From positions 50,197,378-50,261,377 of the forward strand of contig NC_086382.1 of assembly GCF_036588685.1 (NCBI RefSeq): a DNA stretch of 64,000 nucleotides. Direction: 5' to 3'. The notes under the pieces were generated by a model. That model ran no database searches and was not told the origin of the DNA. It worked only from the letters and a program-made list of their open reading frames with translations. This document shows positions 38,346 through 50,781 of the stretch, one piece after another; the stretch's first letter is position 1, and every line of letters begins with the position of its first letter. The translations under genes and the position numbers were made by a program. Source of the DNA: Mytilus trossulus. Lineage: Eukaryota.

Positions 38346-38467
38346 ATTCTTTTTCTTAGAAAAAATAACTCTTTCTTAACATTGATTTAACACAGGTTCT
38401 GGGTGTACTTTACTCTGAAGTAACTAAGTTACTAATAGCATGTTTGTCTTTACTATGTTTATTTTAG

Positions 38468-38542
38468 TTGGAGTATGAGGTACCAGAGGAAATATTGAAA
38501 GGAGAAATGCCACAGGATGACTATATGACAATGCAAGCTTCA
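38468..38542 (+). CDS. Candidate exon (LEYEVPEEILKGEMPQDDYMTMQAS)
   Basis: Acceptor ttattttag at 38467, donor tca|gtaggt at 38542/38543. 75 nt. Lies between two tandem-array elements. Confidence 0.3.
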
Positions 38543-38974
38543 GTAGGTCTATTTTAAATAACATACTGGTTCTGTCAGTTAGATCCATTAAAATTCATCC
38601 TTCAACTGATGTTCATTGTAATCAAATCAACCTTCGTAGTTCATCAACCTGTCAACACATATATATATATATACCTTTAAAACTGCTTTACAGTTTATAT
38701 ATATTACTTATGGTCCTGCATCAAGCTTAGCCTTATATTTTGGCATTGCAAAAGTCACTCTTGTTTATTAATATCCAGTTATAAACACTTATGGTCCTGC
38801 ACCCTGCTGACACATATATTTTGGCATTGCAATAGTCACGCTTGTTTATTAATATCCAGTTATAAACACTTATGGTCCTGCTCCCTGCTGACACTTATAT
38901 GTTTGCATTGCAAAAGTGTTCATTAATATCCAGTTATAAACACTTCTGGTCCTAACCCCTACCCTTTCCTTTTT

Positions 38975-40237
38975 CCCATCACTTTACCTCTGGCGGTGTC
39001 CGCGTCATCATTCGTCGTTAACTTTTACAAAAATCTTCTCCTCTGAAACTACTCGTCCAAATTTAACCAAACTTGGCCACAATCATGATTGGGGTATCTA
39101 GTTTAACAAATGTGTCCAAAGACCTGATCAACCAACCAAGATGGCTGCCACGGCTAAAAATAGAACATAGGGATAAAATGCAGTTTTTGGCTAATAACTC
39201 AAAAACCAAAGCGTTTAGAGCAAATCTGACATGGGGGTAAAATTGTTCATCAGGTCAATATCTATCTGCCCTGAAATTTTCAGATGAATCGGACAATCCG
39301 TTGTTGGGTTGCTGCCCCTGAATTGGTAATTTTAAGGAAATTTTGCTGTTTTTGGTTATTATCTTGAATATTATTATAGATAGAGATAAACTGTAAACAG
39401 CAATAATGTTCAGCAAAGTAAGATTTACAAATAAGTCAACATGACCGAAATGGTCATTTGACCCCTTAAGGAGTTATTGGCCTTTATAGTCAATTTTTAG
39501 CCATTTTTCGTAAATCTTAGTAATCTTTTACAAAAATCTTCTCCTCTGAAACTACTGGGCCAAATTAAACCAAATTTGGCCACAACTATCATTTGGGTAT
39601 TTAGTTTAAAAAATGTGTGGCATGACCTGGCCAACCAACCAAGATGGCTGCCACAGCTAAAAATAGAACATAGGGGTAAAATGCAGTATTTGGCTTATAA
39701 ATCAAACTAAAGCATTTAAAGCAAATCTGACTGAAGTAAAATTGTTTATCAGGTCAAAATCTATCTGCCCTGAAATTTTCAGAAATATCGGACAACCTGT
39801 TGTTGGGTTGCTGGCCCTGAACTGGTAATTTTAAGGAAATTTTGCTGTTTTTGGTTATTATCTTGAATAGATAGAGATAAACTGTAAAAAAACAATAAAT
39901 CTTGGCAGAGTAAGATCTACAATAAGTCAACATGACGGAAATTGTCAGTTGACCCCTTTAGGAGTTATTGCCCTTTATAGTCATGTTTTAACCATTTTTT
40001 CTTAAATCTTAGTAATCTTTTACAAAAATCTTCTCCTCTGAAACTACTGGGCCAAGTTTATTATAGATAGAGATAATTGTAAGCAGCTAGAATGTTCAGT
40101 AAATTAAGATGTACAAACACATCACCATCACCAAAACACAATTTTGTCATGAATCCATCTGGGTCCTTTGTTTAATATTTATATAGACCAAGGTGAGCGA
40201 CACAGGCTCTTTAGAGCCTCTAGTTTAAAAGAAATTG
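38975..40237 (+). mobile_element. 'SL' family, 5'-truncated, about 2.5 tandem units of ~500 bp
   Basis: Units start at 39025, 39535 and 40020 with 'ttttacaaaaatcttctcctctgaaactactgggccaaat'. Same tail as 38305-38345. Confidence 0.65.
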
Positions 40238-41999
40238 GAATTTATTATAGAATATAAGAATGTTATTATATTTAAATCGATTTTAATTTTTATCACGTTA
40301 TTTTACTGTTGATTTTTATTTGTATATAATCAATCAATTTGCTTTAGTCAAGAATTTTAGTATATTGAAGGACCTTTTGTCTTATTTTTAAAATATGCTT
40401 TAAATTATAAAAATTATTCGTATTAGCTCTCGCCGCGATATAGCCTTTTTGTGCTAATGCGGCGTAAAGCAAACAACAATCAATCAATCAACCATTCCCT
40501 TACTTAAGTTTGCCTCAACTAAATGTTATGAAACAAATACACAATGCTTAAGTTCCAATTTTGGTGGCATCACTTATGCTTTTCTATAGTTATCGATATA
40601 AGAAGATGTGGTATGAGTGCCAATGAGACAACTCTCCATCCAAGTCACATTTTGTAAAAGGAAACTATTTTATACCCCTTTACAAATGGAAAAGTTGCTG
40701 ATTTTTTATGGTTCGTTCTCTTACTTACCTTAACTTTGTCTCAACTAAATGTTATAAAACATGCACACAATGTTTATTACCACAAAACTCAGATCAAGTA
40801 CAAAGGAGTACGTCCGGTCTGGTAAGGGCCGATTTTGGCCTAAAATTTCAAGTTCATCTAACGAAAGATTTTAGACACTTTTTAAACACTTAAATGTCTA
40901 TTACAATTGATTCAATTAGTTTATGTAAATGATTTTAACTGATTAAGTCATTAAAAACGTTCCGATTCAAGCTTGAATATGAAAAATCTATCAAATATGC
41001 AAAAAAACGTCACTTTTTAGATGATTTTTTGTCAAAAATGAAAGTGGCCGCATCCGTGTTCATCCTCAACCTTTATATATATTATGTATCATCATCAAAT
41101 ACAACTTACATTTCAATATTATGAATGAACAACAAAGTGGCCACTTTCATTTAAGACGGAAACCGTCTAAAATTAAACAAAAATGCTAAAATTGTGAAGA
41201 TTTCAGTAATTTAGCATGACTTAATGATGCTGGTACTCAATATATGTGCATTGTATGGTAAAAAACAGCCCATATTTATGTAGCAGAAGTATTCTACTTT
41301 CCAATAGATAGCTTAAAGATTACATTTTCACAATTTTATAAAACTGCTATATTTTGGGGCCAAAAAGGGGTCTTACTGAACCTACTCCTTTGGGTAGCGT
41401 CACTGTTACAGTTCATGAGTTATGCCCCTTTACAATGTTGTACGCAAGCAGGGCATTGTCTGAGTCATCTGTGGTCCCATAAACACTTTCCCCATTTTCT
41501 TCAATTTCTAACCATGTATATAGATTTTGGATATTGGATCATAATAGATAAATTGTTCAATTTAAATTTTCCCAATACTTTAAGCACATTATTTTTGTGT
41601 CACAAACCTATGATGTGTCAAATATTCAATCACAATTCAAATTCAGAGCTCTTTTAAGCTTGGATGTAGTTAGTGTCCATACTTGCCCCAACTGTTCAGG
41701 GTTCTACCTCTGCGGTTGTATCAAGCTGCGTCCAGCACAGTAGTATAATTGGTACTTATGTTGTACTGTTACAACACTGTCCCTGCCAATTAGTGCCTGG
41801 GTTAGATAAAAGCAAACTAGTTTAACATTACCATATTTTGTATGTGTCTATCCCAAACCAGGAGCCTGTAATTCAGTTGTTGTGGTTTGTTTCTGTATAT
41901 CATATTTGTTTTTATGGCCCCATAACAAAGTTGTTGGGGACATATTGTTTAACCCTTATGGATTATTTTCTGAAAGTCTTCAGATATTGGGCTCATTTT

Positions 42000-43845
42000 T
42001 AGCTCACCTGGCCTAAAAGGCCAAGTGAGCTTTTCTCATCACTTGGCGTCCGTCGTCTTTCGTCCGTCGTCTGTCGTCCGTCAGCTGTCGTTGTCCGTCA
42101 TTGTTAACTTTTACAAAAATCTTCTCCTCTGAAACTACTAGGCCAAATTAAACCAAACTTGGCCACAATCATCATTGATGTATCTAGTTTAAAATTTAAA
42201 ATGTTTTTTGACCCGGCCAACCAACCAAGATGGCCGCCATTGCTAAAAATAGAACATAGCGGTAAAATGCAGTTTTTGGCTTATAACTCAAAAACCAAAG
42301 CATTTAGAGCAAATCTGACAAGGGGTAAAATTGTTTATCAGGTCAAGATCTATCTGCCCTGAAATTTTCAGATGAATCAAACATTCCATTGTTGGGTTGC
42401 TGCCCCTATATTGGTAATTTTAAGGAAATTTTACTGTTTTTGGTTATTATCTTGAATATTATTATAGATGGAGATAAACTGTAAACAGCAATAATGTTCA
42501 GCAAAGTAAGATTTACAAATAAGTCAACATGACCAAAATGGTCAGTAGACCCCTTTAGGAGTTATTGCCCTTTATAGTCAATTTTTAACCATTTTTCGTA
42601 AATCTCCATGATCTTTTACAAAAATCTTCTTCTCTGAAACTACCGGGCCAAATTAATCCAAACTTGGCCACAATCATCATTGATGTATCTAGTTTAAAAA
42701 TTGTGTTTTTTTGACCTGGCCAACCAACCAAGATGGCTGCCACGGCTAAAAATAGAACATGGAGGTTAAATGCAGTTTTTGGTTATTACTCAAAAACCAA
42801 AGCATTTAGAGCAAATCTGACAAGGGGTAAAATTGTTAATCTGGTCAAGATCTATCTGCCCTGAAATTTTAAGATGAATGGGACAACCCGTTGTTGGGTT
42901 GCTGCCCATGAATTGGTAATTTTAAGGAAATTTTGCTGTTTTTGGATATTATCTTGAATATTATTATGGTTAGAGACACCTTTTCTGTAAACAGCAAAAA
43001 TGTTCAGCAAAGTAAGATTTACAAATAAGTCAACAGGACCAAAATGGTCAGTTGACCCCTTTAGGAGTTATTGCCCTTTATAGTAAATTTTTAACCATTT
43101 TTCATTAATCTTAGTTAACTTTTACAAAAATCTTCTCCTCTGAAACTACTGGGCCAAATTTTACCAAACATAGCCAGAATCATTATTAGGCTATCTAGTT
43201 TAAAAATTGTGTTTTGTGACCGTGCAAACCAACCAAGATAGCCGCTACGGCTAAAAATAGAACATAGGGGTCAATTGCAGTTTTTGGCTTACATGTATAA
43301 CTCAAAAACCAAAGCATTTAGAGCAAAACTGACACGGGGTAAAATTGTTTATCTGGTCAAGATCTACCTGCCCTGAAATTTTTAGATGAATCGGACAAAG
43401 CATTGTTAGGTTGCTGCCCCTAAATTGGTAATTTTAAGGAAATTTTGCTGTTTTGGGTTATTATCTTGAATATTATTATAGACAGAGATAAACTTTAAAT
43501 AGCAATAAATTCCAATAATGTACAGCAATTTAAGACTCAAAAATAAGTCAAAATGACCCAAATGGTCAATTGACCCCCTAAGAAGTTATTGTCCTTTATT
43601 ATCAATTTTTAACAATATTCATAAAATTTGTAAATTTTTACTAACATTTTCCACTGAAACTACACGGACAAGTTCATTATAGATAGAGTTAATTGTAAGC
43701 ATCAAGAATGTTCAGTAAAGTAAGATGTACAAACACATCACAATCACCTAAACACAATTTTGTCATGAACTGTCTGCTTCCTTTGTTTAATTCACATATA
43801 CCAAGGTGAGCGACACAGGCTCTTTAGAGCCTCTAGTTTGTGAGG
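42000..43845 (+). mobile_element. 'SL' family, complete copy with 3 tandem units
   Basis: Head at 42000-42060, units at 42105, 42605 and 43125, tail 43800-43845. Confidence 0.65.
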
Positions 43846-44596
43846 TAACCATGATGAGTTACAGATCAACTTTAAGTTTCATTCTGCTCCCCTAATTTTT
43901 GTGGAAATTGTGGGCTTTGGACTTTGATAAATTGTTGAAAATCACAGTTATACAGACTTTTTTTCTGAATGGCTTTAGATATTGGGCTTATTTTTGGTAT
44001 GTCATTTTACCATGATGAGTAACAGATTAAGTTTAAGTATAGTTCCGCTCTCTGCTGATTTTTGCCAAAATTAAGGGTTCAAGACTTTGAAAATTGTTGA
44101 AAATCAGCTAAATGGACTTTTTTATGCCCCACCTACAATAGTAGAGGGGCATTATGTTTTCTGGTCTGTTCGTCCGTCTGTCTGTTCGTTTGTCCGTCTG
44201 TTACACTTCAGGTTAAAGTTTTTGGTCAAGGTAGTTTTTGATGAAGTTGAAGTCCAATCAACTTGAAACTTCGTATACATGTTCCCTTTGATAAGATCAT
44301 TCTAATTTTAATGCCAAATTAGAGAATTTATTCCAATTTCACGGTCCAGTAAACATAGAAAATGATAGTGCAAGTGGGGCATCTGTGTACTGTGGACACA
44401 TTCTTGTTCTATACAACTTCAGATTTTGAGCTGATTTTTGACATGCTAGACTACCATCATGTTTGTGTCCACATATGTTATTGAAATAGCAGATTTTTCA
44501 ATTTTTTGAGACAGGGCCATTTTGTTGTTCCGACAAATCTAGTTTGTTCATTGTTTTGTACATAAATCATGCAATTGAATTGTTTTACATTTGTCA

Positions 44597-45660
44597 TTTT
44601 TATACGACATGACGTTGGTGTCGATGTTGTTGTCGTTGTCCGAAGACACATTGGTTTTTTCGCACTATAACTTTAGTTTAAGTAAATAGAAATCTATGAA
44701 ATTTAAACACAAGGTTTATGACCACAAAAGGAAGGTTGGGATTGATTTTGGGAGTTTTGGTCCAAATATTTTAGGAATTAGGGGCCAAAAAACGGCCCAA
44801 ATAAGCATTTTTTTGGTTTTCGCACAATAACTTTAGTATATGCAAATAGAAATCTATGAAATTTAAACACAACGTTTATGAACACAAAAGGAAGGTTGGG
44901 ATTGATTTTGGGTGTTTTGGTCCCAACATTTTATGTTGATTGTTGGTTGCTTTACACCGCATTAGTACAAAAAGGCTATATCATGGCGAGTTTTAGGAAC
45001 AGTTTAGGAATTAGGGGCCAAAAAGGGGCCCAAATAAGCATTTTTCCCAGGTTTTCGCACAATAACTTTAGTATAAGTAAATAGAAATCTATGAATTTTA
45101 AACACAAGGTTTATGACCATAAAAGGAAGGTTGGGATTGATTTTGGGAGTTTGGTCCCAACAGTTTAGGAATTAGGTGCCCAAAGGGTCCAAAATTACAC
45201 TTTGTTTAATTTCATAAAAAAATTGAATAATTGGGGTTCTTTGAAATGCTAAATCTAACTCAGTGTATGTAGATTCTTAATTTTTGGTCCCGTTTTCAAA
45301 TTGGTCTACATTAAGGTCCAAAGGGTCCAAAATTAAGCTTAGTTTGATTTTAACAAAAATGGAATTCTTGGGGTTCTTTGATATGCTGAATCTAAACATG
45401 TACTTAGATTTTTGATTATGGGCCCAGTTTTCAAGTTGGTCCAAATCGGGTCCAAAATTAAACTTTGTTTGATTTCAACAAAAATTGAATTCTTGGGGTT
45501 CTTTGATATGCTGAATCTAAACATGTACTTAGATTTTTGATTATGGGCCCAGTTTTCAAGTTGGTCTAAATCGGGGTCCAAAATTAAACTTTGTTTGATT
45601 TTCACAAAAATGGAATTCTTTGGGTTCTTTAATAAGCTGAATCTAAACATGTATTAAGAT
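44597..45660 (+). mobile_element. Composite satellite-bearing element, copy 3 (head plus 160-bp and 130-bp satellites, no tail). Small foreign insert at 44930-44995
   Basis: Head variant 'tttttatacgacatgacgttggtgtcgatgttgttgtcgttgtcc'. 44933-44995 is the reverse complement of 40421-40490. Confidence 0.65.
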
Positions 45661-46691
45661 TTTTATACGACCCCAAATTTTTTTTTGTGTCAAATATAAG
45701 ATTAGATTGGAAACTTTTACATTAAATATTAATGCCTTGAACAATGGTAATTTCGAGAAACAATAAAATTATGTTAGAAATATATGAATTGATGGGTATT
45801 TTAAAACCTTCTCACTTAGGAACAGACTATCTTTCTGCGCTTGATAAGATACACATAGAAACATGGCAATCAAAATTTGCATCTTGTAAGGGAAGAACAC
45901 TGAAATTTTTGTTCTAAACATGTAATTTTTATGCCCCATTTATGGGCATTATGTTATCTGGTATTTACGTACTTTTGTTCGTCTGTCTGCCCCTCATCTG
46001 GTTAAAATTTTGGGTCAAGGTAGATTTTGATGAAGTTGAAGATCAATCAACTTTAAACTTATTACACATGTTTCTTATGCTATGATCTTTCTATTTTCAA
46101 TGCCATATTAGATTTTTACCACTGAATTTGGAAAAAGATATTATTGTGAGTGGAACATCCCATTCTTGTGTATAAATAGATGATAAATATCATTTGAACA
46201 CTATTCAATATTTTCCAGGCACTTATTTATTGAAATGCATGAAACAAAAATCTAATCAGTGTCAGAATCTGAGCAAGTTCACATGCAGACAGGGAAAATG
46301 TCCAAAAGATATCATTTTTTGCATAAAATGGTCCAAATATAATTTGACCTTGAACTTAAACGGTAAAGGCAAACAATTTGATATTTTTCTTGGAAAAAGC
46401 ACTTGCTTGTGTTCTATAATTTTCAAAATATCATGAATTATGGCAATGGTTCTCATTGTTAATGAAATTTTAGATGTGGAGATAATATTGCTTTAATTTT
46501 ATTTTCTCAGATGAACCCTTTATTATACATTTTAAATTGAAAAAGTTCAAATGTTCTACAAAGTTTTACTCACTATGGTTATTTTTCACCCTGTATTGTG
46601 CTATAAATTGTATAGTTACTCATAGAATGATTTATTGAAAACCCAAAGGCATTGCACTACTTTGACGTAATCCTTTTTTATTTTAATGTAG

Positions 46692-46725
46692 GTGTCATCT
46701 GGATCAGAAACAGTTGGGCAACAAG
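46692..46725 (+). CDS. Candidate micro-exon (VSSGSETVGQQ)
   Basis: Acceptor ttttaatgtag at 46691, donor aag|gtatag at 46725/46726. Confidence 0.2.
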
Positions 46726-47492
46726 GTATAGATAATATGTTCAAGATTTGTCTACAATTTACATATGTCTTATATGTTTACACTGTTTATAATATAGTTA
46801 TATTATAGTAACTGTATTTCCCAAATTTATGTCAAATACTGTAGATTGATTATTGATTATAACCCCCTGAGTTGTTTCTACTGGTATACAATTTCATGAT
46901 TTGTCTTTTCTTTCCTCGGTCATTGTTAACAATGTCTTCATTTTACTTTCACATTTGGCCATAACAAGATTGTTAAGTGTTTCATGGGAGATCATATTTT
47001 TGTCCTAATACAGCTGTATCTTATTTAGATATGATTATTATCATTTCTGAATATACACCTCCTGTTAGGGCACCATTTGCATCCCAGATAGAACAATGCT
47101 AAATTATCTTGGGAGGGGTGCCATTTTTTATGTCCTGAAATATCAGAAATAATTCAAAACCAACAATTTCTTTTAGCTGAGAAAAGTAAAAATTTCTGAT
47201 AGAATTGAAATTCAATTAGGCTAGATAAAAATAAGTCCTTTCGGATTTCAACCTGTTTAAGTCATTTATAAATAAGAATGATGTGGTATGATTGCCAATG
47301 AGACAACTCTCCACTAGAGACCAAATCACATAAAAAATCATTTTATACAAAACTTGTACAGAAAAGCAAAAATACAAATCAGTATTGTTAGCCTCAACAA
47401 ACATGATACTACAGCCAATGAGATTATTACGAAGTAACGAAAGAAAAGATGGATCTCCTAGTTAAATATTGTTACATATTTGTTAATTATAG

Positions 47493-47605
47493 GTCCTTCA
47501 ACGGATTTGGCTGATTATGGAATCGGCTCAACTATAAAACCAGTGAAGACAGGAGGAAGAGTCAATATTCATAGTATAAATAAAATATTTGCTATTCAAG
47601 AAGAG
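47493..47605 (+). CDS. Exon (GPSTDLADYGIGSTIKPVKTGGRVNIHSINKIFAIQEE)
   Basis: Acceptor ttaattatag at 47492, donor gag|gtaggt at 47605/47606. Phase-compatible with 46725 and 48204. Confidence 0.4.
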
Positions 47606-47786
47606 GTAGGTCTTATTTTACAGAGACCAATTTTAATCATAGGTCCAGATGGGAAATAATGTTATATTTGGTTTTCCGTTAAAATATTTAAAAGGCTGAA
47701 GACTAATTTGGCCACTTCAATTTAAGACAAAACCTTCATAAAATTAGCATAAATGCTAAAATTGTGAAGATTTCAGTAATATTTAA

Positions 47787-47966
47787 GGGGGAGGGTAGGA
47801 TAGATCCTGATCCTGAAATCCTGGGCTTTAAAACACAAAACCCCGGACTTAAAAACACAAAATCCCGAAGTCCTGAAATTCCTGGACCACGAAAGGGTCA
47901 ATCCTGAAATCACGAGCTTAAAAACACCTGATCCCGGAGTCCCCATAAAGGTCCTATCCCCCCTCA
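47787..47966 (-). mobile_element. Solo terminal fragment of the 9466-10966 TIR family, inserted about 240 bp upstream of exon 48204
   Basis: gggggagggtaggatagatcctgatcctgaaatcctgg… is the reverse complement of 15170-15345. Confidence 0.55.
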
Positions 47967-48203
47967 TTAAACGAATTTATGATATTATCGCCTGATGCAT
48001 GTGCATTGTATTGTCAAAAAAATAGAACATATTTATGGAACAAAAGTATTCTTCTTTACAATCAATAGCAAAAAGTGCACATTCTAACCAATTTGTTATA
48101 ATGCTATAATTTGGGGCCAAAAAGAGGTTTTACATAGCCTACTCATTTTGAAACCAATAAAATAATATAACCACAAAATGTTGATTCTTGCCTTTATTTC
48201 CAG

Positions 48204-48303
48204 GATGGTAGTTGGAAGTTTTCTCAAGAGTTATGTACCTTACTTGGCATAGAATATGATGCTTGCATGACAATACTCAAAGAGGCCGGGATAAAATCAT
48301 TAG
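48204..48303 (+). CDS. C-terminal-domain exon (DGSWKFSQELCTLLGIEYDACMTILKEAGIKSL)
   Basis: Acceptor ctttatttccag at 48203, donor tag|gtaaca at 48303/48304. Resembles 'DGSWEL..ELG.ILNL…LKQKGIQSLG' of the vault-PARP/VWA5 C-terminal region (from memory). Confidence 0.55.
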
Positions 48304-48850
48304 GTAACATTGAACATTCATTTATGCATGCTCATGTTTTATTTAAACTAAAAAAGAGTGAACTATCTACTCACAAAATTTTATTGTCTGGCAAAAGTTG
48401 TGCATATGAGACATAACAGTAAAAGCTGAAAAAATGATGTAGAAATAATAGTTATTTGTGCATATTGTTAAAATTTAGTAGGTTTTTCGATATCGATTTT
48501 GAATAAATAAGCATATTCACCTGCGGAAAAAAGGATATTCACCGGGCAAAATGTTGCATGGCTTTACGTGTGTTATTTTGGTAAAAAAACGTTTGATCTA
48601 CAATTGGTTTTGGTTAATATTCTTCATTGCATACATTTCTCTCGGAATATGGAATAAAACCATTACCGTCTTTGTTTCAGTAAGTATGTGGTTTAATTGA
48701 CTTTTGTAAAACTGACATTCATTTCGGCCATTTGGTCAGTTTTTTCAAAAGTCAATAAAACCACACATTTACCTCATCAAAAGACAGTAATTGTATATTA
48801 TTTCACTCAGTGAATAATGTGATATTGAATTACTATAATTTTATTTTTAG

Positions 48851-49167
48851 CTTTGAAAATACAAGAAGAAATTATGATATTACTTGCCACATCTTTAACA
48901 CTTCTGGTGATTATCCAGCTGATAACTCCTGACTTTGTATCTGACCACATACTGGAACAGTCGTGGCAGCAACAGCTAACACAATGGTTGTCCAATAGTA
49001 CTAAAAGACCAATCACAAGGCAGATATGTTTTAAGACCCCAACTGATTTGTTAAAAATGGTTGACTTCTATCAGCAAAAAGAGGCTGAATACAAATGGAC
49101 CTCAGACATGTTAGAATTGGGCCACTGTTGGGGCCAGGTTGCTGCTAAAATGTTAAATGTAGTTTAG
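48851..49167 (+). CDS. Terminal exon with stop (ALKIQEEIMILLATSLTLLVIIQL…LELGHCWGQVAAKMLNVV*)
   Basis: Acceptor ttatttttag at 48850, stop TAG at 49165-49167. '…LELGHCWGQ…' recalls the PARP4 C-terminal 'LELGNDWDSATKQLLG'. Confidence 0.55.
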
Positions 49168-49367
49168 GGCTAATTGTTGAAAAATGAGCCACTATCAAAT
49201 ATTGTTTTTATATACATGGGCCTTAAGATTTTTTATGATAATGGAGTAAAATATAGCAAATACATTCATAAAACTCGTGATTTTTGTTTCATCAAATATT
49301 AACCAAATTTTAGCAAGTTGATTGCAATTTATTTGTTATTGATTGAGTGATTTTGATGATGTTTTTT

Positions 49368-49373
49368 AATAAA
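49368..49373 (+). promoter_or_regulatory. Candidate poly(A) signal AATAAA about 200 nt after the stop. A second AATAAA at 49447-49452
   Basis: Hexamer seen in sequence, in an AT-rich 3' region. Confidence 0.25.
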
Positions 49374-50658
49374 GAAAAACCAAATGTAAATAATAATTTA
49401 ACATACTTGTTTTGCCTTTATCTCAAGGTAAAATCTGGTTTATGCTAATAAATATGACTTGAATTTGTTTTTTTCTCTTCTGCTTCTAAAAGATTTAAAT
49501 AAACAATATGACTAGCTATTAAAAATGTAGCATTTACATTGTCTATGATAATAGTTATTCATTGCAAATATACTGGTTACCATGGAAATAGAAATCTATG
49601 TTCTTTAAATGTTGTTTACAAAATATTCATGTATTTAATTTTTTTCTGTATTTATGATTTTTTTGCATCTCATTAAATCCAAATAAAGGAATAAATAAAA
49701 GTTAACATTTCATGAAATGTACATTATGTTGAAATTAAAGGTTTTTTTCTTCATTAGATTTTAATTAATCTGAGAGAAAAAAATTAGTTCCTCCAAGATT
49801 TAATTTATACAAATTTCAAAATGCCATAATTATACATTTTTAAAAGGCTTTGAGATTATGACTATTGTTTTATTTATTATTTAGTGTTTTTTTAAAGTAT
49901 ATAGTCTAGATCTGTAATATCATTTTTAAAAAGTATATTATTTAATTTTATTTTTATGTATGTTGTTTGATTAATGATTCAACTTTTTTTCTACTGTTTT
50001 TTTAGTTTAAAATTTTATTGTTTATAGATGTATGTATTGTGCTATCAACACCTTAACTTATTTAATGTGTCATATTTTGGACATTAAGAAGTTATACATC
50101 TTCAGAAATTCATTAAGTGTTTATACTGATTGTCAATTGTATAATATTATTTTGAATATATTGAATTTGAAAGTCAAATAAAAGTTGACCATTTGTGATA
50201 TGTACATTATATTGAACAAAACATTTTTTTTTATTGATTTTTTTTACACACACACTACTGCAGCTAGAAAGTACAACATATTCACTTTTACCTCTGTTTT
50301 GAGTGCTAATTATCTGCTTATATGATTATAATTGTTATGTTTTAATTTATCTAAATTTGTTTTGGTATTGAACCTATTATAACCATTTCTCTAACTCTAT
50401 GGAAATTTATCCCTTTCCGAACCCATTGTATAAAAAAATTTAATCAACGTGTGGTTGCTGGTGATCTCAAAAGATCATTGGATGATTTTGAGGGTCATGA
50501 CCTTTTTAGCTAACTGAATGAATCAAAATACGATAACAGGTGTTAATGAAATAGACAACTTCGTGCAATGTGAAAGGCACTTGAAGGGGATTTTCGGTTA
50601 ACAAAAAAAGAAAATATCTTTTTAATCATTAGAGAAACAGATTCTTACATAGTTACTC

Positions 50659-50781
50659 GTGGATTATCGGATTTATCCAATCTCGATAGTTAAATTATAA
50701 ATTTTAAAGTCCTTGCCGAGGCGGCTCTGACTTTAAAATTGATAATTTAACTATCTCGATTGGATAAATCCGATAATCCAC
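50659..50781. repeat. Near-perfect 123-bp palindrome (~60-bp arms, centre gccgaggcggc)
   Basis: gtggattatcggatttatccaatctcgatagttaaatt… mirrored by …aatttaactatctcgattggataaatccgataatccac. Confidence 0.8.

Noticed and set aside
45339-45650. 103-aa minus-strand ORF, and similar ORFs at 36228-36488
   Set aside because: Entirely within the 130-bp 'ggtccaaaattaaac' satellite. Repeated peptide reflects the tandem repeat
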